The notes beneath the pieces are model-generated. The model saw nothing but the letters and a program-made list of their open reading frames with translations. It was not told the origin of the DNA and searched no databases. Below, one piece after another: positions 8,994-16,786 of a stretch of DNA of 32,000 nucleotides. Position 1 is the first letter of the stretch; each line of letters starts with the position of its first letter. The position numbers and the translations under genes were made by a program. The DNA is taken from NCBI RefSeq assembly GCF_001457595.1, contig NZ_LN831039.1:6000001-6032000 (forward strand), given 5' to 3'. This DNA is from Mycolicibacterium smegmatis. Its GTDB lineage: Bacteria > Actinomycetota > Actinomycetes > Mycobacteriales > Mycobacteriaceae.

Positions 8994-9854
8994 ATGCCAA
9001 TCGATCTCGACAAAGCACTGGGCGCCGAGCTGGAACCCATCGAGTTCTCGTGGACCAGCAGTGACATCCAGCTCTACCACCTGGGCCTCGGCGCCGGGGC
9101 GGACCCCATGGACGAGCGTGAGCTGCGGTACCTGGTCGACGGCACCCCGCAGGTGCTTCCGACGTTCGGCAACGTCGCGGCCAGCTTCCACATGACCGAG
9201 CCGCCCAAGGTGCAGTTCCCCGGCATCGACATCGAACTGTCCAAGGTGCTGCACGCCAGCGAGGCCGTCAGCGTGCCCGGCCCGATCCCCACGAGCGGCA
9301 CAGCGAAGTCGGTGCAGCGCTTCACCGAGATCTGGGACAAGGGCAAGGCCGCGGTGATCGTCAGCGAGACCACGGTCACCGACCCGTCCGGCAAGGTGCT
9401 GTGGACCACCAAGCGGTCCATCTTCGCGCGCGGCGAAGGTGGCTTCGGCGGCGAGCGCGGCCCCTCCACCTCGGTCGAACCGCCATCGCGGGCACCTGAT
9501 TTCGAGATCTCCCTGCCGACCCTGCCCCAGCAGGCGCTGCTGTACCGGCTGTGCGGTGACCGCAATCCGCTGCACTCCGACCCGGCCTTCGCCAAGGCCG
9601 CGGGCTTCGACCGGCCGATCCTGCACGGGCTGTGCACCTACGGCATCGGTTGCAAGGCCATCGTCGACAACCTGCTCGACGGCGACGTGTCGCGCGTGGC
9701 GAGCTACGGCGCCCGCTTCGCGGGCGTCGTGTTCCCCGGCGAGACGCTCTCGGCGAACATCTGGAAGGAAGACGGCAAGTTCATCGGCGTCCTGACCGCA
9801 CCGTCACGGGACAACACCGTCGTGCTCTCGGGTGTGGAGTTGGTCCCGGCGTAA
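8994..9854 (+). CDS. hsd4B: MaoC-like (R)-specific enoyl-CoA hydratase, double hot-dog (Rv3538/Hsd4B-like)
   Basis: 286 aa with the MaoC signature region YRLCGDRNPLHSDPAFAKAAGFDRPILHG. ATG 8994 lies 1 nt after the kstD stop and has a GGAAGGG RBS. The position is the same as Rv3538 after kstD. Confidence 0.85.
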   Translation: MPIDLDKALGAELEPIEFSWTSSDIQLYHLGLGAGADPMDERELRYLVDGTPQVLPTFGNVAASFHMTEPPKVQFPGIDIELSKVLHASEAVSVPGPIPTSGTAKSVQRFTEIWDKGKAAVIVSETTVTDPSGKVLWTTKRSIFARGEGGFGGERGPSTSVEPPSRAPDFEISLPTLPQQALLYRLCGDRNPLHSDPAFAKAAGFDRPILHGLCTYGIGCKAIVDNLLDGDVSRVASYGARFAGVVFPGETLSANIWKEDGKFIGVLTAPSRDNTVVLSGVELVPA

Positions 9855-12425
9855 CCGCGCGAGGTGCCGCAGCACCAGCTCGTATGCCTTCCATGCGAGC
9901 ACTCCGGCCACCAGCGCGATGACGGTCGCGGCGACAAGCCGTAGATCGTGCATCACTCCCGAAGGCGCCGGTCTGGGTACTCGTGCGTCCGGCTGGTCGA
10001 CCAACAGCGACCGACCCCACTCCAGAAGGAAGAAGGTCAGCGGCTGCGTCAGGTAGATCATCAGGGACGCACCGGCCAGGATGGCGGTGATGCGCCGTAG
10101 CCCAACGGGAACCGGCACGCGGGTGACCCAGATGAGCAGCAGCAAGCCACACGCGATGACGAGCTTTCGCCCGCTGTCGCCGTCGGAGAAACCCGGGAGC
10201 ATGGCACCGCACACGGCCGCGACCGTCAACAGCACACGCTCACGGTCGCGGGTCGCGCGCGCCGCTGCCCAGCCGATCGCGAACAACCACAGTGTGGCGA
10301 CCGGGCGATACAGCTCCATCGCGCCGTCACCAGAGAAGGGCTGGAACCTCAGCGCGAGGCCGACAGCGACGAGACCGGTGGCGAACCCGAACGGCCAGGT
10401 CCGTTCGACACGACGGACCGCCGGGATCGCCAGCAGCACTGCGCAGAAGACAAGTGCGAGAACCAGCACCTCGATGAACCAGTAGTTCCACACCGGGTCC
10501 CAGGCATCCGGTCCGAGCTCGGGTCCTTCCGGTGCGAAGAGGTGCTCGATGAGCAGGATGTTCCATACGTCGTAGTGCCGCGTGATCGCGTAGGCGACCG
10601 CGATCACGATCACGGACGGAACCACGATGCGCACGATCGACCGGATCAAAGGCCGAACCCGTCCGCTCGTCGCGACCGCGCTGAGTTGAAATCGGGCGAA
10701 GCTGTGGCCGGCGACCGCAAGCAGAACGTGCGCGCCGCCGAACAGATACGTCAGGCCCACGTGATTGGCGCACACCAGGACGATCGCCACGGCACGCAGA
10801 ACGGTGCTGAGTTCCATCCATGCGAAGAGGCCACGCTGCTTGCTCCGCGCGTGCTGTTCCAGATCGGCGACGCTGCGCAGGTACCAGTGCGTGGGGAGTG
10901 TGCCGAGAAGATCATCGAGACGCCGTGACGTCTCGACGTAGGACAGCGAGTCACCTCCGAGGCTGACGAACGTATCGGTGTCCGCGACTTCGTCGACCGC
11001 GAGAACCTCACGGTAGAGCGCACGCACGTCACTGTTTTGCGCTGCGGGAGCGGCACTTTCTGTGCCTTGGGTGCGGCTTTCGGCGAGCCGCAGCACGCCC
11101 GCGTAGTCCGGTTTGCCGTTGGCGTTGTGGGGCAGTTCGTCGAGCACCACGGTCCGCACGGCGGTGGCGGGCAGACCCACCTTCGTGCAGACGACTGGGA
11201 CCGGATCGGGCGTGCTCCGCGTGACCGCGACGATCAGTCGTGCGTCGTCCCCCGCGCACAGGGCCTCGATGCCGTCGGCTCGCAGGCTGTGCTCCAGCTG
11301 GTCGAGGTCGACGCGTAGGCCGAACAGCTTCAGGAACCGGCTGCGCCGGCCGATGATCTCGTACAACCCATCGGCGCGGCGACGGGCCAGATCGCCGGTG
11401 TGAAGACAATCGATGGTGCGCCCGAGCGCGAGGTCACGAGACGTTGTGGCGTAGCCGAGCATGACATTCGGACCGTGGTAGATCAGTTCGGAGTCGCCGT
11501 CGATGGTGAATGCCCCACCGGGAATGGGCTGCCCGATCGCCTCGGGCGCATCGAGTACGCGCTCGGGCGGGAGGTACGCCATACGGGCGGTGGCCTCGGT
11601 CTGTCCGTACATGACGACCAGATCCCAGCCCCTGCGATGTCCGAGCTCGGCGAACCTCCGCACCCGGGCGGCGCTCATCTTGCCACCGGCTTGAGTGACG
11701 TAACGCAGGCTGGGCAGTTCGATATCGGCGAAACCCACGCTGTCCAGGAGGTCGAATGTGTAGGGGACCCCCGCGAACGACGTCGCCCCGGTCGCGCGCG
11801 CCAGGTCCCAGAATCCGGCGTCCACCACCGACAATCCGGTGACGACCACCGTCGCACCCTGCGTCAGATGGCTGTGCAGCACCGAGAGCCCGTAACAGTA
11901 GGACAACGGCAGCACCGTCATCGCCCGATCGGAGCCGTCGATTCCCAGGTACTGCGCGATCGCGCGGGCGTTGCTGTCGAGGTTCGCGTGGCTCAGGCGC
12001 ACCAATTTCGGTGAGCCGGTCGATCCCGATGTGGACAGCAGGAGCGCCAGGTCGGGATGCAGCTCATGCCGTGTAGTCAGGCGGCGCCGGTGCACTGTCC
12101 ACCCGTCTGCACCGTCGGTACCGATCACCACGTCGGGGTCGTATGCCGCCACTAGTGCGTCACGAGAGTCGGCGTTGGACGCCACCAGCACCACGTGCCC
12201 CGCACGCAACGCGGCCAGGTAGCTCACGATCGCCTCGACCGTGTTCCTCAGCTCGATCAGCACCAGGCAGCGGGCCATATCACACAGCTGTGACTCTGCC
12301 GAAACACGCGCGGAGAGTTCGGCATACGTGATGGTGCGCCGGTCGGTGATCAGGGCCGGGTGGTCTGAATGTTCATCCCACCCGTCGAGAAAACCCGCCC
12401 CACTCGCACCTGCCGTGCCGCGCAC
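9804..12425 (-). CDS. tri-domain fusion: adenylate-forming enzyme (AMP-binding) + phosphopantetheine carrier domain + acyltransferase_3 (OafA/OatA-type) integral-membrane domain
   Basis: 873 aa with a GTG start. Adenylation core motifs are LLSTSGSTGSPK, VMYGQTEA, HTGDLARRRADG, GRRSRFLKLFGLRVDLDQLE and NANGKPD. The carrier motif is FVSLGGDSLSYVE (Ser codon 10947-10949). A roughly 330-aa multi-TM domain follows, opening with the AT3 hallmark LRAVAIVLVCANH. The 3' end overlaps the hsd4B 3' end by 51 nt (convergent). Confidence 0.85.
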   Translation of the reverse strand: MRGTAGASGAGFLDGWDEHSDHPALITDRRTITYAELSARVSAESQLCDMARCLVLIELRNTVEAIVSYLAALRAGHVVLVASNADSRDALVAAYDPDVVIGTDGADGWTVHRRRLTTRHELHPDLALLLSTSGSTGSPKLVRLSHANLDSNARAIAQYLGIDGSDRAMTVLPLSYCYGLSVLHSHLTQGATVVVTGLSVVDAGFWDLARATGATSFAGVPYTFDLLDSVGFADIELPSLRYVTQAGGKMSAARVRRFAELGHRRGWDLVVMYGQTEATARMAYLPPERVLDAPEAIGQPIPGGAFTIDGDSELIYHGPNVMLGYATTSRDLALGRTIDCLHTGDLARRRADGLYEIIGRRSRFLKLFGLRVDLDQLEHSLRADGIEALCAGDDARLIVAVTRSTPDPVPVVCTKVGLPATAVRTVVLDELPHNANGKPDYAGVLRLAESRTQGTESAAPAAQNSDVRALYREVLAVDEVADTDTFVSLGGDSLSYVETSRRLDDLLGTLPTHWYLRSVADLEQHARSKQRGLFAWMELSTVLRAVAIVLVCANHVGLTYLFGGAHVLLAVAGHSFARFQLSAVATSGRVRPLIRSIVRIVVPSVIVIAVAYAITRHYDVWNILLIEHLFAPEGPELGPDAWDPVWNYWFIEVLVLALVFCAVLLAIPAVRRVERTWPFGFATGLVAVGLALRFQPFSGDGAMELYRPVATLWLFAIGWAAARATRDRERVLLTVAAVCGAMLPGFSDGDSGRKLVIACGLLLLIWVTRVPVPVGLRRITAILAGASLMIYLTQPLTFFLLEWGRSLLVDQPDARVPRPAPSGVMHDLRLVAATVIALVAGVLAWKAYELVLRHLARLRRDQLHTREHDGVVP

Positions 12426-12634
12426 AGCAAATATTGTGTCAGCATCTGGCGTCGACCGTCACCGACTCAGCGAACTTGCCCCGAGTATGAATAACTTGCC
12501 TTTCGTCGTGACACCGGTGATGTAGAGTCCGTTGCCAGCAAGCGCCTCGCGTTTCCACAGCATCTTGGCGATGAGCGCCCCGGTAGCGGCAGAGGGTGCG
12601 TCCCATACGATCTGCCGCCCCACATGCGAACGAG

Positions 12635-14242
12635 ATGCGAATGAAGAGCACTGACGAATCCCCTTACGACGCAATCGTCGTGGGTTCCGGCGCGGCAGGG
12701 TCCTGGGCGGCCAAAGAGCTGACCGAAAGTGGTCTGCGAGTGGTCCTGCTGGAGGCCGGTCGGGCTGTTGATCCCGCGAGGGATTTTCCCGCTGAGGCGC
12801 CGACGGGCGCCATCGGGATGGCGAGCCGCGCAAAAGCCGCCGTCAGCGGCCAATTCGTCCAGGCGCAGTGCGCGGCATTCTTCGAGACCACCAAGCACTT
12901 CTACGTCAACGACCGGCAGAACCCGTACACCACAACGCCTGGTAAACGGTTTCTCTGGTATCGCGGCCGCCAACTCGGGGGCCGTCTGCACACATGGTCC
13001 AGGCATGTTCCGCGGATGTCGGACAACGAATTCAAATCCGCGAGCCTGCGTGGGCACGGCATCGACTGGCCGATCTCGTACGAGGACGTGGCGCCGTTCT
13101 ACGACATCGTCGAACAGACGCTCGGCGTCCACGGCGCCCCTTCGGGCATCGCTTCCTGCCCCGACGGGAAATTCCTCGGACCCGCGAAAACCACGCAGAT
13201 AGAGGAGAAGTTCAAGACCAGCCTCGAGAACCGCTTACCGAACGTGCGTGTGACCTACGGAAGAACTGTCAGGTACGACCGGGAAAGAATCCCGCTGCCG
13301 CTACGCCTCGCCATGGGTACCGGAAACCTCGAGATCCGTACCGACGCCGTCGTACGCCGCCTGATGATCGATCCACGGACCGGGAAAGCCGTGGGCGTCG
13401 ACTACGTCGACCGGAGCACCGGCGCGGCGCAAGCCGTTCACGGCAGGGTGGTCGTGCTGTGCGCGTCGGCGATCGAAAGCGTCAGGATCCTTCTGAATTC
13501 AAGAACCGCAACGCATCCCGCCGGTGTGGGCAACTCGTCCGGCCATCTCGGCAGGTACGTATGTGATCACGTCGCCTACGCGCAGAGCGGCAGCGTTGCC
13601 GAACACGAGATCGAACCAAGTCCCGCCGAAGACGGGTTCGACTTCGCCGCGACCGGTCTGTACATCCCGAATTTCTGCGACCCTGCCGCCGTCGGATTTC
13701 CCGGTGGCTATGGTATTCAGATCGGCATCGGACGTGGTAAGCCGACCTGGAGCATGTACGCCCTCGGGGAGATGCAACCGCGGTTCGACAACCGGGTGTC
13801 ACTGGACCCCAGGGTCACCGATGCGTGGGGCGTGCCGGCCGCGCGGATCGAGTGCAGCCACTCCCCTGACGAGGTCAGGATGGTCGGCCACATGCGGTCG
13901 ACGATCCGCGAGATCGCCACGGCCGGTGGCCTTCCGGTCGAAAACGATCATGACCTCGGGCGCCGCAGCATCGCACTGCGATTGCTTCGGTCCCGCTTCT
14001 TCACCGACTACGGCGCGTACTGGCCGGGGGCGGCCGTCCACGAGAGCGGCGGCGCCAGAATGGGCGAGCGCCCGGACAACTCGGTACTCAATCCCTACTG
14101 TCAGGTCTGGGATGCCGACAACGTCTTCGTGACCGACGGCGCGTGTTTCGTCTCATCGGGTTTCCAGAACCACACCCTCACGATGATGGCACTCACCGTG
14201 CGGGCGTGCCGGTTCATCGCTGAGGATTACTTGAAGCACTGA
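12635..14242 (+). CDS. GMC-family FAD-dependent oxidoreductase
   Basis: N-terminal FAD fold: YDAIVVGSGAAGSWAAKELTESGLRVVLLEAG. C-terminal GMC block: AVHESGGARMG...NVFVTDGACFVSSGFQNHTLTMMAL. The start is uncertain between ATG 12635 and ATG 12641. GTG 12596 directly abuts its putative SD and is less likely. Confidence 0.85.
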   Translation: MRMKSTDESPYDAIVVGSGAAGSWAAKELTESGLRVVLLEAGRAVDPARDFPAEAPTGAIGMASRAKAAVSGQFVQAQCAAFFETTKHFYVNDRQNPYTTTPGKRFLWYRGRQLGGRLHTWSRHVPRMSDNEFKSASLRGHGIDWPISYEDVAPFYDIVEQTLGVHGAPSGIASCPDGKFLGPAKTTQIEEKFKTSLENRLPNVRVTYGRTVRYDRERIPLPLRLAMGTGNLEIRTDAVVRRLMIDPRTGKAVGVDYVDRSTGAAQAVHGRVVVLCASAIESVRILLNSRTATHPAGVGNSSGHLGRYVCDHVAYAQSGSVAEHEIEPSPAEDGFDFAATGLYIPNFCDPAAVGFPGGYGIQIGIGRGKPTWSMYALGEMQPRFDNRVSLDPRVTDAWGVPAARIECSHSPDEVRMVGHMRSTIREIATAGGLPVENDHDLGRRSIALRLLRSRFFTDYGAYWPGAAVHESGGARMGERPDNSVLNPYCQVWDADNVFVTDGACFVSSGFQNHTLTMMALTVRACRFIAEDYLKH

Positions 14243-14249
14243 CAGCCAT

Positions 14250-14855
14250 ATGCCTGGTTCAAGGTACAGTCGCGACATGCCCGATACCGCCAGGGGCGCG
14301 AAACTCACACCCCGCCGGCGACGCTTTCGCAACGGGATGTTGGCGTTCTGCCTGATTCTCACCGCAGCACTGGTCGCCGGGTTACCGGTTTACGTCTTTC
14401 CCCAAGTCGATCCGCCGCGGCATGCCGACGCCGTCCTGATCCTCGGCGGCCCGGATTATCGCCGATACGGATTCGGGTTCGATCTGGGCAGGGAGGGTTG
14501 GGCGCAAACCGTCGTGGTATCGAACCCGAATGGGGCCGACGACCCGTTCATGACCGAGTACTGTGCCGAACCGCATCCTGAATTCCATTTGATCTGCTTC
14601 ATTCCGGATCCCCGAACGACCAAGGGGGAAGGACGAGAACTCCGCCGGTTGGCGGAAGAGAACGGCTGGCAGCGGGTCATCGTGGTGACCATTCGACCGC
14701 ACATCTCCCGGGCGAGGTACATCCTCGAACAGTGCTATGCCGGCGAACTGGTGATGGTGGCTCTGCCGGTTCGGTTGTCGTTGTTCGAGTGGGCGTTCCA
14801 CTACGTCTACCAGACGGCTGGTTATGCGCGAGCGATGTTGCAACCCGGATGTTGA
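14250..14855 (+). CDS. DUF218 (YdcF/ElyC/SanA-like) membrane-anchored protein
   Basis: An N-terminal Arg-rich segment and a TM helix (MLAFCLILTAALVAGLPVYVF) are followed by the DUF218-type core (DAVLILGGPDY...RTTKGEGRELRRLAEENGWQRVIVVTIRPHISRARY). The alternative start is ATG 14277. Confidence 0.8.
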   Translation: MPGSRYSRDMPDTARGAKLTPRRRRFRNGMLAFCLILTAALVAGLPVYVFPQVDPPRHADAVLILGGPDYRRYGFGFDLGREGWAQTVVVSNPNGADDPFMTEYCAEPHPEFHLICFIPDPRTTKGEGRELRRLAEENGWQRVIVVTIRPHISRARYILEQCYAGELVMVALPVRLSLFEWAFHYVYQTAGYARAMLQPGC

Positions 14856-14889
14856 GTGGACGGCACCATTTCGGACCTACGATGACGAC

Positions 14890-15501
14890 ATGACGCGTGA
14901 CCGACGGACGACACTGCTCACGCTCGCGCGCGTCTGGGCCTATCCGTTGTGGTTCACCGTCAACCGATCGGACGCGGCGGACGTGGTCACCGAGGATGTC
15001 GACTGGTGGATGAGCTGCATCGACGATCCCGATCTGTCTGCCCTCGATCACTATTCGCGTTTCGCCTACCTGAGTGGCGCGCTGTGTGAATTCCGCACGC
15101 TCGTCCACTACCGGCTGCGATCTGTTCCATGGCCGCTGCGCGTGCTCCTGCGCAAGCTGTACCCGCCCGAACCCACCCTGACGCTCGACGTCGGCAGCAT
15201 CGGGCCGGCCTTCTTCATCCAGCACGGTGTGGGGACCATCGTCGCCGCGGAATCCATCGGGTCCCACTGCTGGATCAACCAGCAGGTCACCATCGGGCAC
15301 AACACTCGAGGCAGGCCGACATTGGGCGACCACGTGCGGGTGGGGGCCGGAGCGGTGGTGATCGGTCCGATCACCCTGCACGACAGAGCGACGATCGGAG
15401 TCAACGCGACGGTGATCCACGATGTGCCCGCCGGCGCGACCGTCGTCGCACCCGCTGCGACGATGCTCAACCGACCGGCGACCGGCGACGCACAAGCCTA
15501 G
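14890..15501 (+). CDS. hexapeptide-repeat acetyltransferase, serine-O-acetyltransferase (CysE)-like, polysaccharide-cluster type
   Basis: Left-handed beta-helix repeats: FFIQHGVGTIVAAESIGSHCWINQQVTIGHNTRGRPTLGDHVRVGAGAVVIGPITLHDRATIGVNATVIHDVPAGATVV. The start is uncertain (ATG 14890 chosen; ATG 14824 would overlap the DUF218 gene by 32 nt). The 3' end overlaps the flippase 3' end by 35 nt. Confidence 0.8.
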   Translation: MTRDRRTTLLTLARVWAYPLWFTVNRSDAADVVTEDVDWWMSCIDDPDLSALDHYSRFAYLSGALCEFRTLVHYRLRSVPWPLRVLLRKLYPPEPTLTLDVGSIGPAFFIQHGVGTIVAAESIGSHCWINQQVTIGHNTRGRPTLGDHVRVGAGAVVIGPITLHDRATIGVNATVIHDVPAGATVVAPAATMLNRPATGDAQA

Positions 15502-16786
15502 GCACCCACAGCAGATCAGGGAGTACCTGCGCTGTGAGGATCGCAAGCGCCGAAGCGAACACCACCCCGACCGCACCGAAGCGGGCAACCACCAGGCATC
15601 CGAGCCCGATGCTGACGGCTGCCATCGTCAACGTCCAAAGCGCCTGCCACCGAGCCTCATTCGACCTGGTCAGAAGGACCGAGGACGCGAAATGCACGGC
15701 TTGGCCGACCAGGACGGCGCCGAACGCCAGGGCAAGCCAAGCAGAAACATCGATCTCTCCATCCGACAGCACCGATGCCGCCCAGGGGCCGAGCAACCCC
15801 AGGAGCACCATCGCCACGATCCCCACGACAGCCAGCGCGACCGTGAGTTGCCACCACATGCGGATCGTCGCGTCCACGACGCTTCTTCTCTTGACGAAGA
15901 TCGGCCAGTACGCCAGGGCCGCAGTCGACAGGATCTGCCAGCCGATCGCGTAGATCTGCGCCATCAACGCGTAACGGGACAATTCCTCGGGCGTCGAAAG
16001 GTGCGCCAACAGAACTCGTCCGCCCTGAGACCCGATCGGAATGCCCACGCCGACCAGGAACAGCCACATACTGCCGGCCAGCAGGCGAGTTCCTGCTCGC
16101 GACGAGGACACCGACGAGAACACGTCCGCTCCGAGCCCGGACAGTCGCAGCGCCAGTACGGTACCGACCAACTGGCCGATGAGCAGACCACCCAGTGCCG
16201 ATATGGCATACCAGATCCCACTTGCTCCCATGCCACGCAGTACGAGTGTGAGTCCCAGCCCGAATGCGGGGCAGCTCATCAAAACCAGTGTGGCCATCGG
16301 ATTCCGGTCTATGCCCACCAGGATCCGCGGCCCGAGGCCGGCTGGAATGGTCAGTGCAAATATGCACACGGCAACAGTGATCGCCCAGCGGTCCTCGGGG
16401 CCGCTGGCGAATCCGATCGCCGCGCGCCATCCGTCGAGCACCATGACACCCAACGCGATCGCGATCAGGGTGCCGGCGACCAGGAAAAGGACGCGGTAGG
16501 CGCGCCGGATGACATCGACGGCCTCATCATGATCTTTGCCGCCGAGCATCGCCGCGGCGTTGATCGCCGTGGCTCCGATACCGAGGTCGGCAAACGGAAA
16601 CAACAGGGTGACCGTGGCGATGAGTGAGACCAGACCGAACACGGCTTCGCCTGTCTCGCGGACGATGATCGCCGTGTTCAGCAGGCCCAGCAACGCCACG
16701 ACCGGTGTTCCGAGGATGCGGTACAGCGGGCCGAGCACCAGCGAACGGCGCTCCTCGGGTGCCAGACGCCCCTGATCGGTCGTCAT
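15467..16786 (-). CDS. MOP-superfamily oligosaccharide/polysaccharide flippase (Wzx-like)
   Basis: 439 aa and multi-TM throughout (…VVALLGLLNTAIIVRETGEAVFGLVSLIATVTLLFPFADLGIG…). ATG 16786 overlaps the upstream GT2 stop (ATGA). The ORF-track extension to 17137 is Arg-rich and lies inside the GT2 gene. Confidence 0.8.
   Translation of the reverse strand: MTTDQGRLAPEERRSLVLGPLYRILGTPVVALLGLLNTAIIVRETGEAVFGLVSLIATVTLLFPFADLGIGATAINAAAMLGGKDHDEAVDVIRRAYRVLFLVAGTLIAIALGVMVLDGWRAAIGFASGPEDRWAITVAVCIFALTIPAGLGPRILVGIDRNPMATLVLMSCPAFGLGLTLVLRGMGASGIWYAISALGGLLIGQLVGTVLALRLSGLGADVFSSVSSSRAGTRLLAGSMWLFLVGVGIPIGSQGGRVLLAHLSTPEELSRYALMAQIYAIGWQILSTAALAYWPIFVKRRSVVDATIRMWWQLTVALAVVGIVAMVLLGLLGPWAASVLSDGEIDVSAWLALAFGAVLVGQAVHFASSVLLTRSNEARWQALWTLTMAAVSIGLGCLVVARFGAVGVVFASALAILTAQVLPDLLWVPRLVRRRSPVG

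Noticed and set aside
7430-9626. ORFs 7430..8737 (-), 7621..8772 (+) and 8964..9626 (-) overlapping kstD and hsd4B.
   Set aside because: They are alternate-frame or antisense ORFs with Arg/Gly/Pro-dominated sequence. The real genes on the other frame are strongly supported.
9804-9854. An island junction bearing mobility signatures (integrase, IS, tRNA, direct repeats) at the switch from steroid genes to glycan genes.
   Set aside because: No such gene or repeat was seen by eye anywhere in the window. The junction is just a 51-nt convergent overlap. Horizontal origin therefore remains an inference from gene content and local AT-enrichment, not from mobility features.
14677-16627. ORFs 14677..15588 (-) and 15422..16627 (+), 303-401 aa, across the acetyltransferase and flippase genes.
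   Set aside because: They are highly charged (Arg/His/Asp/Gln-rich) and non-membrane. They lie antisense to a clearly multi-TM flippase and to a hexapeptide-repeat protein.
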